64,000 nt of DNA from Nitrososphaeria archaeon (GCA_027078545.1 JALWXN010000004.1:288001-352000); one strand, 5' to 3'; shown: positions 49,401 to 58,731, numbered from the stretch's first letter. Translations and numbers: made by a program. The notes: generated from the sequence alone by a model not told the origin.

Positions 49401-49989
49401 CGGCCTATCCGACACCATCGCTGACCTCAACAATGCAGTGGCTGACCTACAGGACGCTGTGGCTAGCCTACAGGACACGGTCTCAGCACTCTCAGACATA
49501 CAGAACACCCTTGACGACCTGGTCGGCCAGGTAGGCGACATATCCAATGCTGTGGGTGACATACAGGACAGCCTAACAGATATACAGGGTATGCTAGGTG
49601 AGATATCCGACGCTGTTGGCGGTGTCTCTGACCAGCTAACAGCACTAGCTGGTGACGTGGCAGCACTCGCAGATGCTGTGGCCGATGTACAGGGTGCACT
49701 CGACGACCTAAGCGGAGCAGTTGACGGCATAGCTGGCGCCATTGACGACCTAAGCGGCGCTATCGACGACCTATCCGGCGCTATTGACAGCCTAGCAGGC
49801 GACGTGGCCGATGTCAGCAGCAAGGTTGACGACGTCAACAACAAGCTCAGTGATGTGGAGGCCAACCTTGGCGACAAGGTTGACAAGGCATTCGGCGACC
49901 TCAACAGCATGGCAATGATAACGATGGTACTGATCATCATAGCACTGGCAGTCTCAGCACTCACAGCCTTCAAGGTCTTTAAGTCCTAG
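46498..49989 (+). CDS. S-layer-like surface glycoprotein with coiled-coil stalk and C-terminal membrane anchor
   Basis: Signal peptide; about 900 aa beta-rich region with many NxS/T sequons; about 210 aa acidic heptad repeat; C-terminal TM plus KVFKS; own promoter and terminator. Confidence 0.8.
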   Translation: MNRLIILAVFTAILLLGAPFYSAVNVSAASNPNPDKAKAWFYPAADPVPLNLGDPASQINLWIMETKPDNSTLGGQGDYINRIEVLQPLDTPYTLAGAEIYGFDNETNTWTPVSGAGANLWQVTTILSLGNVQGFRFDLLGSPGYPFNGSLDNSTIDVSFYPDPIYVFDVIVVSIQVQGYNDPAAALAGTVEEWIVTVKWNFGDSAVIRVDHIVDNSPAQVQLTPYTQNLLSAACISTLQFTFNVSITDNVAQEGINEAFYGSYALNGSQLRWNFPAGPITLEDFTDPVNWTRENRPILFWEINASLKNGYDATTWPNGPFDFEPNKPLGAGTDRRGANHFVTGDQPTDVTSPINESTEGEVGYIWAILVVYIEAYTFTYGQVNYTWMNRTYYKGSGIFEANINLNFAFKASGPGGAPATFGGLFGLNAELIYADLTFILAVYDGTLDYHRDWPMSDGAIGLPNDYNDTVSAPISLLSRDWYNFRLEMWTAKLDVEKNPIQVWLNNNAISSSPLHTIEPAPIPPAPAHKNYRTAFFNLTWIWDPAYGPDPTFQLWNVTIQRWDGSNWVTVISQVDTFGPASGPFTFLFDIMNFGTGNYSIHILMLDCGGWDYAYDNIKSAFFLSPQHQRWEFNVTYFMVVFINNNPYSLWRLGPGAWEEFYQDESFQISIMTFGNKKDGSPLDWTQYDVNATISLQIGAPPAVGSTPVYTINMDNPVATTPTYAWWNFTVNATADLGQVIGIYNVTASWMNVSTTPTSVVDDNFSIPPPPPNEESTFIIKARIFLHFWVYDDMYSTGETATFFAHVANINWPAPGSDVPGALVAYDVYRDDNGVPMATGFGVTNSRGFVVPSLYGEIVFGTEIGDDWAPGLYNVNATAYYTHSPGFWYDPFIAGWVRVNATSIASATDQFEVWVFRDENITEGFDDIFAALTGLSDDIATLAGSVNDVLDVLNNDVLPALNDIMDQLGGLSDTIADLNNAVADLQDAVASLQDTVSALSDIQNTLDDLVGQVGDISNAVGDIQDSLTDIQGMLGEISDAVGGVSDQLTALAGDVAALADAVADVQGALDDLSGAVDGIAGAIDDLSGAIDDLSGAIDSLAGDVADVSSKVDDVNNKLSDVEANLGDKVDKAFGDLNSMAMITMVLIIIALAVSALTAFKVFKS
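49702..49800 (+). repeat. Imperfect 21-bp tandem repeat encoding (A[IV]DDLSG)n heptads
   Basis: gacgacctaagcggagcagtt / gacgacctaagcggcgctatc / gacgacctatccggcgctatt. Confidence 0.8.
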
Positions 49990-50003
49990 ATATCCCACCC
50001 ACC

Positions 50004-50018
50004 CTCTTTTTCTCTTTA
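50004..50018 (+). terminator. Pyrimidine/T-rich archaeal terminator
   Basis: CTCTTTTTCTCTTT immediately after the S-layer stop. Confidence 0.55.
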
Positions 50019-50131
50019 TATAAAATCCTCATATCGAAAAGCTTGTTCCCTAGATTGGATCTTCCTGTCTCATTAGGTATGGTGCCTAGGCACACCCCTT
50101 TTATTATCCTCCTGTTAGGATTCATGTTTAT

Positions 50132-50362
50132 ATGACTCCGAGGACTGCATACACGATAGTTGCGTTGATAGGCTTCATTATCGGGGTTGCGATATATCTA
50201 TTTGCTGCACTGGCAATCCCATACATTATTGAGGTGTTGCCACAGTTGGCGGAGATCTTCAGTAGGTATCATCACATCATCGGTGCTCTTCTCTCAGGGT
50301 TTGTCGGGAGTCTCGTGGCTGTATTGCTAGCCTATGTATGGGCTAGTAGGTCTGAGTTTTAG
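50132..50362 (+). CDS. Small two-TM hypothetical protein
   Basis: 76-aa hydrophobic ORF preceded by a TATA-like TTTTATTA. Confidence 0.65.
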   Translation: MTPRTAYTIVALIGFIIGVAIYLFAALAIPYIIEVLPQLAEIFSRYHHIIGALLSGFVGSLVAVLLAYVWASRSEF

Positions 50363-51669
50363 CCCCTCCTATAGTATCTCGATACCTTTATTACACCCTC
50401 CACATTATCCCTGGTCACCAGTCTCAGTGCGGTTCTATACCCATTCATCCTTAGCTCGTGGTCTATGCATACTAGGTATGGGTGTGGATAGTTGCTAAGC
50501 CTCTTAATAGTCCTGTCCAGCCCCTTCCTCGCCTCCCCATCCTCCCTTATCGTCAACTGTATGTGTACCATTCCTCCATAGGTGTCGGGCGTGATGTCTA
50601 GTGTTATGTTTGGGAGGAGGCTCTCCAACAAAGCCTTATAAAGCTTAAGCTTCTCCATGAGGGTGAGCCTGTCATAGTCTGTGAAGATCTGTTTGAGGAC
50701 CTTTGTTGTGGAGTCGTATACCAGCTTGTCGCCATCGCTATAACTTTCTAGGGCCGTCTCCGTCATGGTCTCCAACATCCTGTTAAGTGTCGCTAGTTTT
50801 CTGAGGGGTGTGAGTGGAGCCTCCAAGGGTATCTTGTTCGTTGCGTCGTAGAGGTCTATATAGTGCTTCAGTGGTGAGGAGTAGGTCCTGAAATTCTTTA
50901 TCAGTGTCTCTATGGTCTCGGCCACCCTCTGGTTTGTGAAGTGCAACGCCCTATCCTCGTCTAGGACTATCCCTTCCCGCTGGTCTGAGACCACATAGGT
51001 CTTTGTTATGGGGTCTGAGTCTGTTATGGAGAGGTCTGTATAGTAGTCTAGTTTTGCGTGTTGGAATAGGCCTCCCTCTATCATCCAGCTGACGAGCTGG
51101 ATCTTCACATCCTTTTTACTCACCTTCTTAATAACATCCTTCATCTCCCCGCCGCTGAAGAGGTCTATGTGGTGTGGTGATACTAGGAGGATGAGCTCCC
51201 TCTTACTGTTGGAGATTATTTCTCGGAGCAGCTCCTTCCTATCCTCGTTACCCACCTCCCATAGACTTATCTCCTTCTTCTCCCGTTTGAGGGAGGCCTC
51301 TGTATATCTCTTGTGGAGCTCCTGTATGGCTAGCTCCTGCCTCTGTATCCGGTTCTTACTCTCCTCTATCCTCTTGTAGAAGAGTTTTAGTGGGTCCTCC
51401 GCCCTCCACCTCCTCGGGTTCCCCTGTATCATCTTCGCGAATCCCTTATCCACCAGTGACTTCAGTATCCGGTATGTCTTCTCCCTCGCCACTCCTGATT
51501 CGCGTGCCACGTCGCTGGCCTTCGCCTCCCCAAGGGTTACCAGTGCGAGGTATACCTTCGCCTCATTCTTGGATAGCTGTAGCTCCTGGAGACGGGCGAC
51601 AATCTCCTCTTTTGATGTGGCGTCTCTAGCGTCTTCCAAGCCTCCTCCCCCCTCCAAAGGATATTTCAA
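50359..51669 (-). CDS. TrmB-family transcriptional regulator
   Basis: LS.NEAKVYLAL...AS.VA..SGV.R.K.Y.IL..L..KG wHTH followed by a PLD-like effector domain and an extra C-terminal region. Start may be about 10 codons later. Confidence 0.88.
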   Translation of the reverse strand: MKYPLEGGGGLEDARDATSKEEIVARLQELQLSKNEAKVYLALVTLGEAKASDVARESGVAREKTYRILKSLVDKGFAKMIQGNPRRWRAEDPLKLFYKRIEESKNRIQRQELAIQELHKRYTEASLKREKKEISLWEVGNEDRKELLREIISNSKRELILLVSPHHIDLFSGGEMKDVIKKVSKKDVKIQLVSWMIEGGLFQHAKLDYYTDLSITDSDPITKTYVVSDQREGIVLDEDRALHFTNQRVAETIETLIKNFRTYSSPLKHYIDLYDATNKIPLEAPLTPLRKLATLNRMLETMTETALESYSDGDKLVYDSTTKVLKQIFTDYDRLTLMEKLKLYKALLESLLPNITLDITPDTYGGMVHIQLTIREDGEARKGLDRTIKRLSNYPHPYLVCIDHELRMNGYRTALRLVTRDNVEGVIKVSRYYRRG

Positions 51670-51782
51670 GGGTGTGTGACTAAGATGCTTGTGTAACGGG
51701 ACACTGATGAAATAGGCACATGGCCTTAATAAATCGGCTCCACCCCCATCTAGTAGAATCTATTATCGCCGAGGTGTCCGGG

Positions 51783-52448
51783 ATGGTCGACTTTAGGGAT
51801 CTCTGGACCGGGAAGAAGGAGGGATTCGCCGACAGTATGAAGCGTGGACTGAAGCCGCAGCGCAACATCAGGCCGAAGATCGACAGCGCTATCAAGCTCC
51901 TCAACAAGCAGATCAATAAGCTCGACGCCTCCATAAGGAATCTGAAGCAGAAGGACCAGATCTACTTCGCGAAGGTTGTCCAGGCTATCAAGGATCACGA
52001 CAAGACTATGGCCACCCTTTATGCTAATGAGCTGGTCGAGATTAGGAAGGCTATTAGGACTCTTAAGCAGGCTAAGTATGCCCTGCAGAGCGTGGTTGTG
52101 AGGCTGCAGACTGTGCAGAACATAAGCGACGCGGCTGCCGAGGTACTGCCCGCTATGCAGGTGCTTAAGAATGTTAGGAGCATGATCTCCGTGATCATAC
52201 CCACTGTCGATGAGGGCTTCGCCCAGATCAACGATGTCTTTGAGAACCTGATATGGGAGGCTAGCCAGAGCAGCGACACAACAACATCTATAGCCACGGC
52301 TAGTGACGAGGCTCTGAAGATCATCCACGAGGCTGAGAAGAAGGCTAAGGAGGAGATGAGGCGGGAGCTGCCCGGTATACCTGAGGCTGTTGCCGAGTCT
52401 GAGGAGGGCTACGGCGAGAGTGGTGAGTATGGCGGCTTCCGCTTCTAG
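51783..52448 (+). CDS. ESCRT-III / CdvB paralogue (Snf7 domain, no wHTH)
   Basis: A.LYANEL.EIRK, L..V.VRLQTV, EA.KII.EAE, MIM2-like RELPGIP; GAGGTG RBS before ATG 51783. Confidence 0.9.
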   Translation: MVDFRDLWTGKKEGFADSMKRGLKPQRNIRPKIDSAIKLLNKQINKLDASIRNLKQKDQIYFAKVVQAIKDHDKTMATLYANELVEIRKAIRTLKQAKYALQSVVVRLQTVQNISDAAAEVLPAMQVLKNVRSMISVIIPTVDEGFAQINDVFENLIWEASQSSDTTTSIATASDEALKIIHEAEKKAKEEMRRELPGIPEAVAESEEGYGESGEYGGFRF

Positions 52449-53109
52449 ACCCCACCCCTCATCTTTTTACCACTTGATTGGTAGGAATGTTGTTGAGAGG
52501 TATGGACGTTTCAGGGGGCGTGTAGTCTCCTATAAGGTCACCTCGGATGGTGAGCTGGATAAGGTCTTCATCTCGAACGACGGCTTCATAATGTATAAGA
52601 CCCCGTCCTCCCTCATCCTGGATGGGAAGGTCGTGATGATCGTCCCCCCGCCCATTAAGAGGGCGAGGGAGGTCTTGGATGAGCTTGAATACATATATCT
52701 CCAGATGAAGACCCTCAACAACATCTTCTCCATAGACTCCCGCTGGGGGTATGTGGAGAAGTATTACCGCATGTTCAGGACCCGGTTCGAGTCACTCCTG
52801 AAGGAGGTTAACCGGGTCCTGAGGAGCCTGGAGAATAGGAGGCGTAGGCTCAACGAGTTGATAGCCGAGTATAAGGAGGGGCTCTTCACCCTCCAGCTCG
52901 CCCAGGAGTCTGGGCGGGTGGATCCAAACATCTATAAGGCATGCTACGCGGAGGTCTCTGAGGAGATCCTCCGCCTAAGCAATGAGCTTGAGGAGGTTGA
53001 GAACATCATATCCGACATCTCAACCTCCCAGAACCAGATACTCGAGATCATGAACTCGATTGAGGAGAGGTTGAAGGAGGTGGAGGGTTATGAAGTTGAG
53101 GAGGTTTAG
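52429..53109 (+). CDS. cdvA: CdvA-like protein (PRC barrel plus coiled coil)
   Basis: IG..V...YGR..G.VV PRC-barrel start, long coiled coil with L.L....G.V....Y; upstream of cdvB-cdvC. Confidence 0.78.
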   Translation: MAASASRPHPSSFYHLIGRNVVERYGRFRGRVVSYKVTSDGELDKVFISNDGFIMYKTPSSLILDGKVVMIVPPPIKRAREVLDELEYIYLQMKTLNNIFSIDSRWGYVEKYYRMFRTRFESLLKEVNRVLRSLENRRRRLNELIAEYKEGLFTLQLAQESGRVDPNIYKACYAEVSEEILRLSNELEEVENIISDISTSQNQILEIMNSIEERLKEVEGYEVEEV

Positions 53110-53974
53110 GTTTGGGGAGATTATCCAGGTTTATGATCAGATGGGTAGGCAGCTATACGTCTACAGGGGACGCCTATCGATGGAGCTGGCCAAGGTGAAT
53201 AATAGGCTGGAGAAGCTGCAGGAGTACATGGATCTCTATAAGGAGCGTGGAGACCTTGAGATGGCGGCTATCTATGCTAGGGAGTATAAGGCCCTCTACG
53301 TTGTGAGGGAGATTCTCTGGCACATGATCCTACGCCTAGACGGTGTGATGGCTAGGATCGACACGGTTAAGAAGCTGGCCTCCGGCTTCGACGGTATGGG
53401 CGACACATTGAAGGCTGTGAGTGACGTGATTAAGGTTGCCGGCCCAGCTGTCTCGGGCTTCGAGGAGCTGGCCAGGAATCTATACACCGGCTATACTGAG
53501 CTGGTGGTAGATGCATCTGTCCCCGTGACTAACATGTATGTAGCCCCTGTGGAGGATGCTAAGGAGATCCTACGCAACATAGAGAAGGATGTTGTGAAGG
53601 AGTTGGCTAAGAAGTTCCCAAAGATCCCCAGGGATATAGAGGTGAGTCCAGAGGCGATACCAAAGCTTGTGAATAGGCTCTACGAGGCCATAGCCACGGA
53701 TGGCGGTGTGGCCGAGGTCATGGTGAAGCCGAGGGATGAGGAGGTTGTGGGTATTGTCAGGGTCTCCCTGAATAGGGAGGAGCTCTACAGGGTCTCTATG
53801 CACAGGCTGGAGAGGCTTGAGAGGGCGGTCCTCAACTACCTCCTGAAGAACTATAGGGGTGGGGAGGTTTCACTCAACCTCTTCAGGTTTGCCAGGGCCT
53901 ATAGGACCACGCCTATGAAGGTTCTTGACGCGCTATACTCCCTGAGTGAGATAGGGTTGATTAGGTTTGGGTAG
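53090..53974 (+). CDS. cdvB: ESCRT-III CdvB with C-terminal winged helix
   Basis: A.IYARE, RL.GV..RI.TV core, FPKIP MIM2-like motif, C-terminal VLNYL...V..AL..L...GLI wHTH. Confidence 0.82.
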   Translation: MKLRRFRFGEIIQVYDQMGRQLYVYRGRLSMELAKVNNRLEKLQEYMDLYKERGDLEMAAIYAREYKALYVVREILWHMILRLDGVMARIDTVKKLASGFDGMGDTLKAVSDVIKVAGPAVSGFEELARNLYTGYTELVVDASVPVTNMYVAPVEDAKEILRNIEKDVVKELAKKFPKIPRDIEVSPEAIPKLVNRLYEAIATDGGVAEVMVKPRDEEVVGIVRVSLNREELYRVSMHRLERLERAVLNYLLKNYRGGEVSLNLFRFARAYRTTPMKVLDALYSLSEIGLIRFG

Positions 53975-53985
53975 TGTGGTGTGGC

Positions 53986-55164
53986 ATGAGGAGCCTGAGA
54001 GACCCTGAAGAGATACGGTTGATGCGGGATCAGGCGGCCCAGTACGCCAATATGGCGGTCCAGGCCGATAAGAGGGGGGTGACCTCCCTCGCCATCAGCT
54101 ACTATAACAAGGCGATCGACCTCCTCACGGAGCTCATCAATATCGAGGAGTCGCCGGAGATACGTAGGATGTATAGGAAGGCCCTTCGCCAGTATAGGGA
54201 TAGGGTTAACTATTTGAGGGGGGTCTCCTCAGGCTCCGTTAGGAATGTCTCGAGCCTCGGTGTGAGGGAGGGCGGCCCCTCTGGCCAGGAGCATGGGAAG
54301 GAGGATGTATTAGTCCCCTTCAAGTCCAGCATTACGTGGGATGAGATTATTGGTCTTGAGGAGGCTAAGAAGACTATTCGCCAGTCCATCGTATACCCTG
54401 TGAAGAGGCCCGACCTCTTCCCCCTAGGCTTCCCTAGGGCTATACTCCTCTACGGCCCGCCTGGATGTGGTAAGACCAGTATAGCGGCGGCCCTCTCCAA
54501 CGAGATCGAGGCTGAGTTCTATCCAGTCGACGCGACGATGATCATGTCTAAGTGGCTGGGTGAGAGTGAGAAGAGGGTTGCCAAGATATTCAACTATCTC
54601 AGGGAGAGGGCCCGTGAGAGGCCCGTCATCCTCTATATTGATGAGGTGGACTCGATACTCAGTGTTAGGAATAGTGAGGTGGGTGGTGAGCTCAGGGTTA
54701 GGAACCAGTTCCTCAGCGAGATGGATGGCCTTAAGACTAAGGAGATGTCTGACCTCCCACTCTTCATAGTGGCGAGTACCAATAGGCCTTGGGACCTGGA
54801 CATGGGTTTTATCAGGCGTTTCCAGAAGAGGATCTATATTCCTCCTCCTGATAAGAGGACTAGGAAGCAGCTCTTCCAATACTTCCTATCGAAGGTCTCC
54901 CACTCCGACGATATAGACCTAGACTTCCTCGCAGACTATACCCGTGACTATACCCCGAGCGATATTAGGGATGTTGTCCAGACTGCTGTCATCGAGGTTG
55001 TCTCCGAGCTCTTCGAGAGTGGCCGTGCCTCAGACCCGAATGCCAAGCCGAGGCCCCTGACGATGGATGATCTTAAGCATGCCTTGAAGAGGGTGAAGCC
55101 CAGTATATCCAGGACCCTGCTCAACGCCTATGAGCAGTGGACGAGTAGGTTCAAGAGTATATAG
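53986..55164 (+). CDS. cdvC: Vps4/CdvC AAA+ ATPase with MIT domain
   Basis: AV.ADK.G...AI..Y.KAI MIT domain; GPPGCGKT, YIDEVD, TNRPWDLD, RRFQKR. Confidence 0.95.
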   Translation: MRSLRDPEEIRLMRDQAAQYANMAVQADKRGVTSLAISYYNKAIDLLTELINIEESPEIRRMYRKALRQYRDRVNYLRGVSSGSVRNVSSLGVREGGPSGQEHGKEDVLVPFKSSITWDEIIGLEEAKKTIRQSIVYPVKRPDLFPLGFPRAILLYGPPGCGKTSIAAALSNEIEAEFYPVDATMIMSKWLGESEKRVAKIFNYLRERARERPVILYIDEVDSILSVRNSEVGGELRVRNQFLSEMDGLKTKEMSDLPLFIVASTNRPWDLDMGFIRRFQKRIYIPPPDKRTRKQLFQYFLSKVSHSDDIDLDFLADYTRDYTPSDIRDVVQTAVIEVVSELFESGRASDPNAKPRPLTMDDLKHALKRVKPSISRTLLNAYEQWTSRFKSI

Positions 55165-55166
55165 GG

Positions 55167-56441
55167 CTAGGGGGTAACCGTCTCCGGGTCCCTCGGGTAG
55201 AGGACGACCTCCCTGATGTTCTCCGCCCCCGTTATCAGCTGTACCAATCTGTCGAGGCCTAGGCCGAACCCTGCGTGTGGGGGCATCCCGTACTGGTAGT
55301 ACCTTATGTGGTACTCGAAGCTCTCTATGTTGAGGCCCTTGTCCACTATGTTCTTCCTGAGCTCGGTGTATCTATGCTCCCTCGTCCCGCCGGAGGCTAG
55401 CTCTAGGTTGCCGTGCATGAGGTCGAAGGACTGGGTGTAGTCGCCCACCCTGTAGATGTAGAAGGGCTTGGTGTCCCATGGCCAGTCTACTATGAAGTAG
55501 AAGCCCCTATACTTCTCCGCTATTATGTTTAGTGCCTCGCTGTCGAAATCCTCACCCCATTTAAGCTCCTTCCCCCTACTCCTGACGAGCTCGAGTAGGG
55601 TGTCGTACTTCACCCTCTCTATCCTGGCTGGTGGTGCTGGTGGCTCCCTACCTATGATCCTGAAGAGCTCCTCCTCTTCCCTTATCCCCTCCAAGACGTG
55701 TCTGATGAGTCTCTCCAGTATGTCCATCGCCTCGTTATAGTCTATATAGGCTCCCTCGAAGTCTACCGAGGTGAACTCGGTGAGGTGTTTCCTGGTGTGG
55801 CTCTTCTCTGCGCGGTAGAACTGGGCTATCTCGAATACGTAGGTCAGCCCCATAACCGCCTGCTCCTTGTATAGCTGTGGGCTCTGGGCTAGGTATGCCT
55901 GCCTCCCGAAGTAGTCTACCTTGAAGAGCTCCGCCCCACCTTCTGAGGCAGTGGCTATAATCTTGGGTGTGTCTATCTCCACCGCCCCTATGCTGTAGAA
56001 GTAGTCTCGTATAAGTCTCTTAACCTTGGCCCTTATCCTGAAGATCGCGTTTATCCTCTCTATCCGGAGGCTCAGCGGCCTATACTCTATCAGTGTTGGT
56101 AGGCTGGCCGGTGTCCTGCCTGTAGGGTCTATGGGTAGTGGGTGGTTGGCCTGGGAGACTAGGAAGTATTTGGAGGGTATCACCTCGTACGTGTCTTTAT
56201 ACCTGTTCACCCTCCCGACAACGCTTATCACGCTCTGCCTCTGGGTGGCTAGGGCCCTGTTATAGATGCTCGGGTTCCCATCCTTCTTTATCGTTAGCTG
56301 CACCCTACCCCATCCATCCCTAAGTGTTATGAACATTATGTTTCCGAGGATACGCTTATCCTCCACCCATCCATAGAGCTTGACCTCTCTACCCTCATAC
56401 TTGGGGATGTCGACCGTCCTAATCTTCTCTGGCTGTGTCAT
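55167..56441 (-). CDS. aspS: Aspartate-tRNA ligase (archaeal type)
   Basis: OB fold, EGGAELF, QSPQLYK, RAEKS.T..H..E, GMPPHAGFGLG.DR, YPRD. Confidence 0.92.
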   Translation of the reverse strand: MTQPEKIRTVDIPKYEGREVKLYGWVEDKRILGNIMFITLRDGWGRVQLTIKKDGNPSIYNRALATQRQSVISVVGRVNRYKDTYEVIPSKYFLVSQANHPLPIDPTGRTPASLPTLIEYRPLSLRIERINAIFRIRAKVKRLIRDYFYSIGAVEIDTPKIIATASEGGAELFKVDYFGRQAYLAQSPQLYKEQAVMGLTYVFEIAQFYRAEKSHTRKHLTEFTSVDFEGAYIDYNEAMDILERLIRHVLEGIREEEELFRIIGREPPAPPARIERVKYDTLLELVRSRGKELKWGEDFDSEALNIIAEKYRGFYFIVDWPWDTKPFYIYRVGDYTQSFDLMHGNLELASGGTREHRYTELRKNIVDKGLNIESFEYHIRYYQYGMPPHAGFGLGLDRLVQLITGAENIREVVLYPRDPETVTP

Positions 56442-56557
56442 ACCAATCCTATTGTTGGGTATTGGTTATATTGGTTTTGGTCCCCCCTTATATAGCCGGT
56501 GAAGAGTATCTGTTAATTCAACGTGGCCCCGGTGAATGGGTCTGTGGGGTGTATATA

Positions 56558-57685
56558 ATGTTCCTGTTGGAGCATGAGGGGAAGGAGATACTGAGGAGGT
56601 ATGGGGTTAGGACTCCTAGGGGTGTAGTGGTTACTAGGGATGATCTTGATAGGCTTGATAGCATGGTGGAGGAGTATCCCGTCATCGTGAAGGCCCAGTT
56701 CCTATTCGGTGGTAGGGGGAAGGCTGGGGCTGTGAAGAAGGCTGACAACCCCAAGGAGCTCCGAGAGGTTGTTGAGAAGCTCTTCCAGCTCGAGGTGAGG
56801 GGGGCTACGCCTGAGCGCCTATTGATCGAGGAGTTCGTCCCCCATGAGGAGGAATACTACATAAGTATCATGGCCTCTAAGTCGGATAAGTCCCTCCTCC
56901 TCCTAGCCTCTAGGTATGGAGGTGTAGATGTGGAGGAGCTGGCCCGTATGGGGAGGCATATACTAAGGATCTCCCTATCCCCTGACGAGGCCCCCATGGA
57001 TAACGTGTATAGGGCGGTGGCAAAGACCTTCTTCGGCTCCGTCGACAGGGATCTCGTATCCAAGGTTGCCGGGCTTGTTAAGCCACTCTTCGACGCTGTC
57101 CTGGGTGAGGATCTCCTACTCGTGGAGATAAATCCCCTCGTATTCCTGGGCGACGGCTTCATGGCCCTGGACGCGAAGGTAATCATTGATGACAACGCTG
57201 GTTTCAGGAGGGATGTAACGGGCTTCTACGAGTATAACAGGTCGATGACGGAGGGTGAGAGGATAGCCCGTGAGACGGGCTTCGCATATGTGCCGTTGAA
57301 GGGTGATATAGCCGTTATAGGTAATGGCGCGGGCCTAGTCATGGCCACTCTGGACCTGGTGAAGTATTATGGTGGTGAGCCGGCCTGCTTCCTAGACGTT
57401 GGTGGAGGGGCCTCTGCCGATAGGATTGCGAAGGCCCTGGAGGTTGTGTATAGGGAGGTCTCCCCCAAGAGGATATTCATCAACATATTTGCTGGCATAA
57501 CGAGGTGTGACGAGGTGGCTAAGGGTATTGTGGAGGCTGTGGATAGGGTTGGCATACCCCCGGAGATGTTCGTCATCAGGCTTGTGGGGACGTTGGAGGA
57601 TGTCGGCAGGGAGATCCTGGAGTCCCGTGGGTTCCGCGTCTATAAGGATATGGATGAGGCGGCTAAGGAGGTGGTGAAGATATGA
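56558..57685 (+). CDS. sucC: Succinyl-CoA synthetase beta subunit
   Basis: LLEHEGK, GGRGKAG, EINPL, GNGAGLVMAT.D, GITRCD. Confidence 0.95.
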   Translation: MFLLEHEGKEILRRYGVRTPRGVVVTRDDLDRLDSMVEEYPVIVKAQFLFGGRGKAGAVKKADNPKELREVVEKLFQLEVRGATPERLLIEEFVPHEEEYYISIMASKSDKSLLLLASRYGGVDVEELARMGRHILRISLSPDEAPMDNVYRAVAKTFFGSVDRDLVSKVAGLVKPLFDAVLGEDLLLVEINPLVFLGDGFMALDAKVIIDDNAGFRRDVTGFYEYNRSMTEGERIARETGFAYVPLKGDIAVIGNGAGLVMATLDLVKYYGGEPACFLDVGGGASADRIAKALEVVYREVSPKRIFINIFAGITRCDEVAKGIVEAVDRVGIPPEMFVIRLVGTLEDVGREILESRGFRVYKDMDEAAKEVVKI

Positions 57686-58566
57686 TCCTGCCAGGCATAA
57701 TAGATAGGGAGGTTAGGCTCCTGGTACAGGGGATCACTGGGAGGCAGGGACGGTTCCACACTGAGCAGATGCTTAAGTACGGCACGAAGGTAGTGGCTGG
57801 CGTTACTCCTGGAAAGGGTGGCCAGGAGGTGCATGGCGTACCTGTATATGACACTGTGGAGGAGGCTGTTAGGGAGGCTGATCCAACAGCATCGATCATA
57901 TTTGTACCGGCCCCATATGCCCTCGACGCAGCTGCCGAGTCTATCCTGAATGGCCTGAGCCCAGTAGTCGTGATAACGGAGGGTATCCCGGCGCTGGACA
58001 CTCTAAGGATGGTCTCCATGGCTAGTAGGAGGGGGGTGAGGATCATAGGGCCTAACACGCCGGGGGTCATCATCCCGGGCTATACAAAGATCGGTATCAT
58101 GCCTAACCAGTACTTCTCGGAGGGCCGCGTAGCGATAGTCTCGAGGAGTGGGACGCTTACATATGAGATTTCTAAGCAGCTCCTTGATAGGGGGCTGGGC
58201 CAGAGGATAGTCGTGGGTGTGGGTGGTGACTACGTGATTGGGACGAGCTTCGTCGATGTGTTGAGGGCTCTCAAGGATGATGAGAGGACTGATGCTGTGG
58301 TCATAATCGGTGAGATCGGTGGTGATGATGAGGAGAGGGCTGCCCGATACATTAGGGAGAGCGGCTTCGACAAGCCTGTCGTCGCCTATATAGCTGGTAG
58401 GACCGCCCCTGAGGGTAAGAGGATGGGGCATGCGGGGGCTATAGTCTCTGAGGGCTCTGGCACGGCTGAGTCGAAGATACAGAGTTTTAAGGATGTGGGG
58501 GCATATATAGCGTATAGGCCTTCGGAGGTTGCCCAGATAGTGGCGGAGGTGCTAGGTGTTGAGTGA
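57682..58566 (+). CDS. sucD: Succinyl-CoA synthetase alpha subunit
   Basis: [30 protein letters not shown] (phospho-His). Confidence 0.97.
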   Translation: MILPGIIDREVRLLVQGITGRQGRFHTEQMLKYGTKVVAGVTPGKGGQEVHGVPVYDTVEEAVREADPTASIIFVPAPYALDAAAESILNGLSPVVVITEGIPALDTLRMVSMASRRGVRIIGPNTPGVIIPGYTKIGIMPNQYFSEGRVAIVSRSGTLTYEISKQLLDRGLGQRIVVGVGGDYVIGTSFVDVLRALKDDERTDAVVIIGEIGGDDEERAARYIRESGFDKPVVAYIAGRTAPEGKRMGHAGAIVSEGSGTAESKIQSFKDVGAYIAYRPSEVAQIVAEVLGVE

Positions 58567-58729
58567 GGACGTCGCCATAGATAAGAGGGCCTTGGCCCAG
58601 AGGTATAGGCTATACTACAAGATATGCCGTAACTGTGGCGCTAGGAACCCGCCGAGCGCGGTGAAATGTAGGAAGTGTAAGAGTAAGAATCTGAGATGGA
58701 AGAAGAGGATGAAGGGTATGAAGAAGTAG
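58559..58729 (+). CDS. rpl40e: 50S ribosomal protein L40e (below the ORF-track cutoff)
   Basis: Manual translation [56 protein letters not shown]. Confidence 0.95.
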   Translation: MSEDVAIDKRALAQRYRLYYKICRNCGARNPPSAVKCRKCKSKNLRWKKRMKGMKK

Positions 58730-58731
58730 CT

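Noticed and set aside
49702-49800. Tandem repeat as a CRISPR array
   Set aside because: In-frame 21-bp coding repeats with no spacers and no cas genes.
55167-56441. AsnRS assignment
   Set aside because: QSPQLYK retains the Asp-binding Lys and other motifs are AspRS-like; discriminating status could not be determined.
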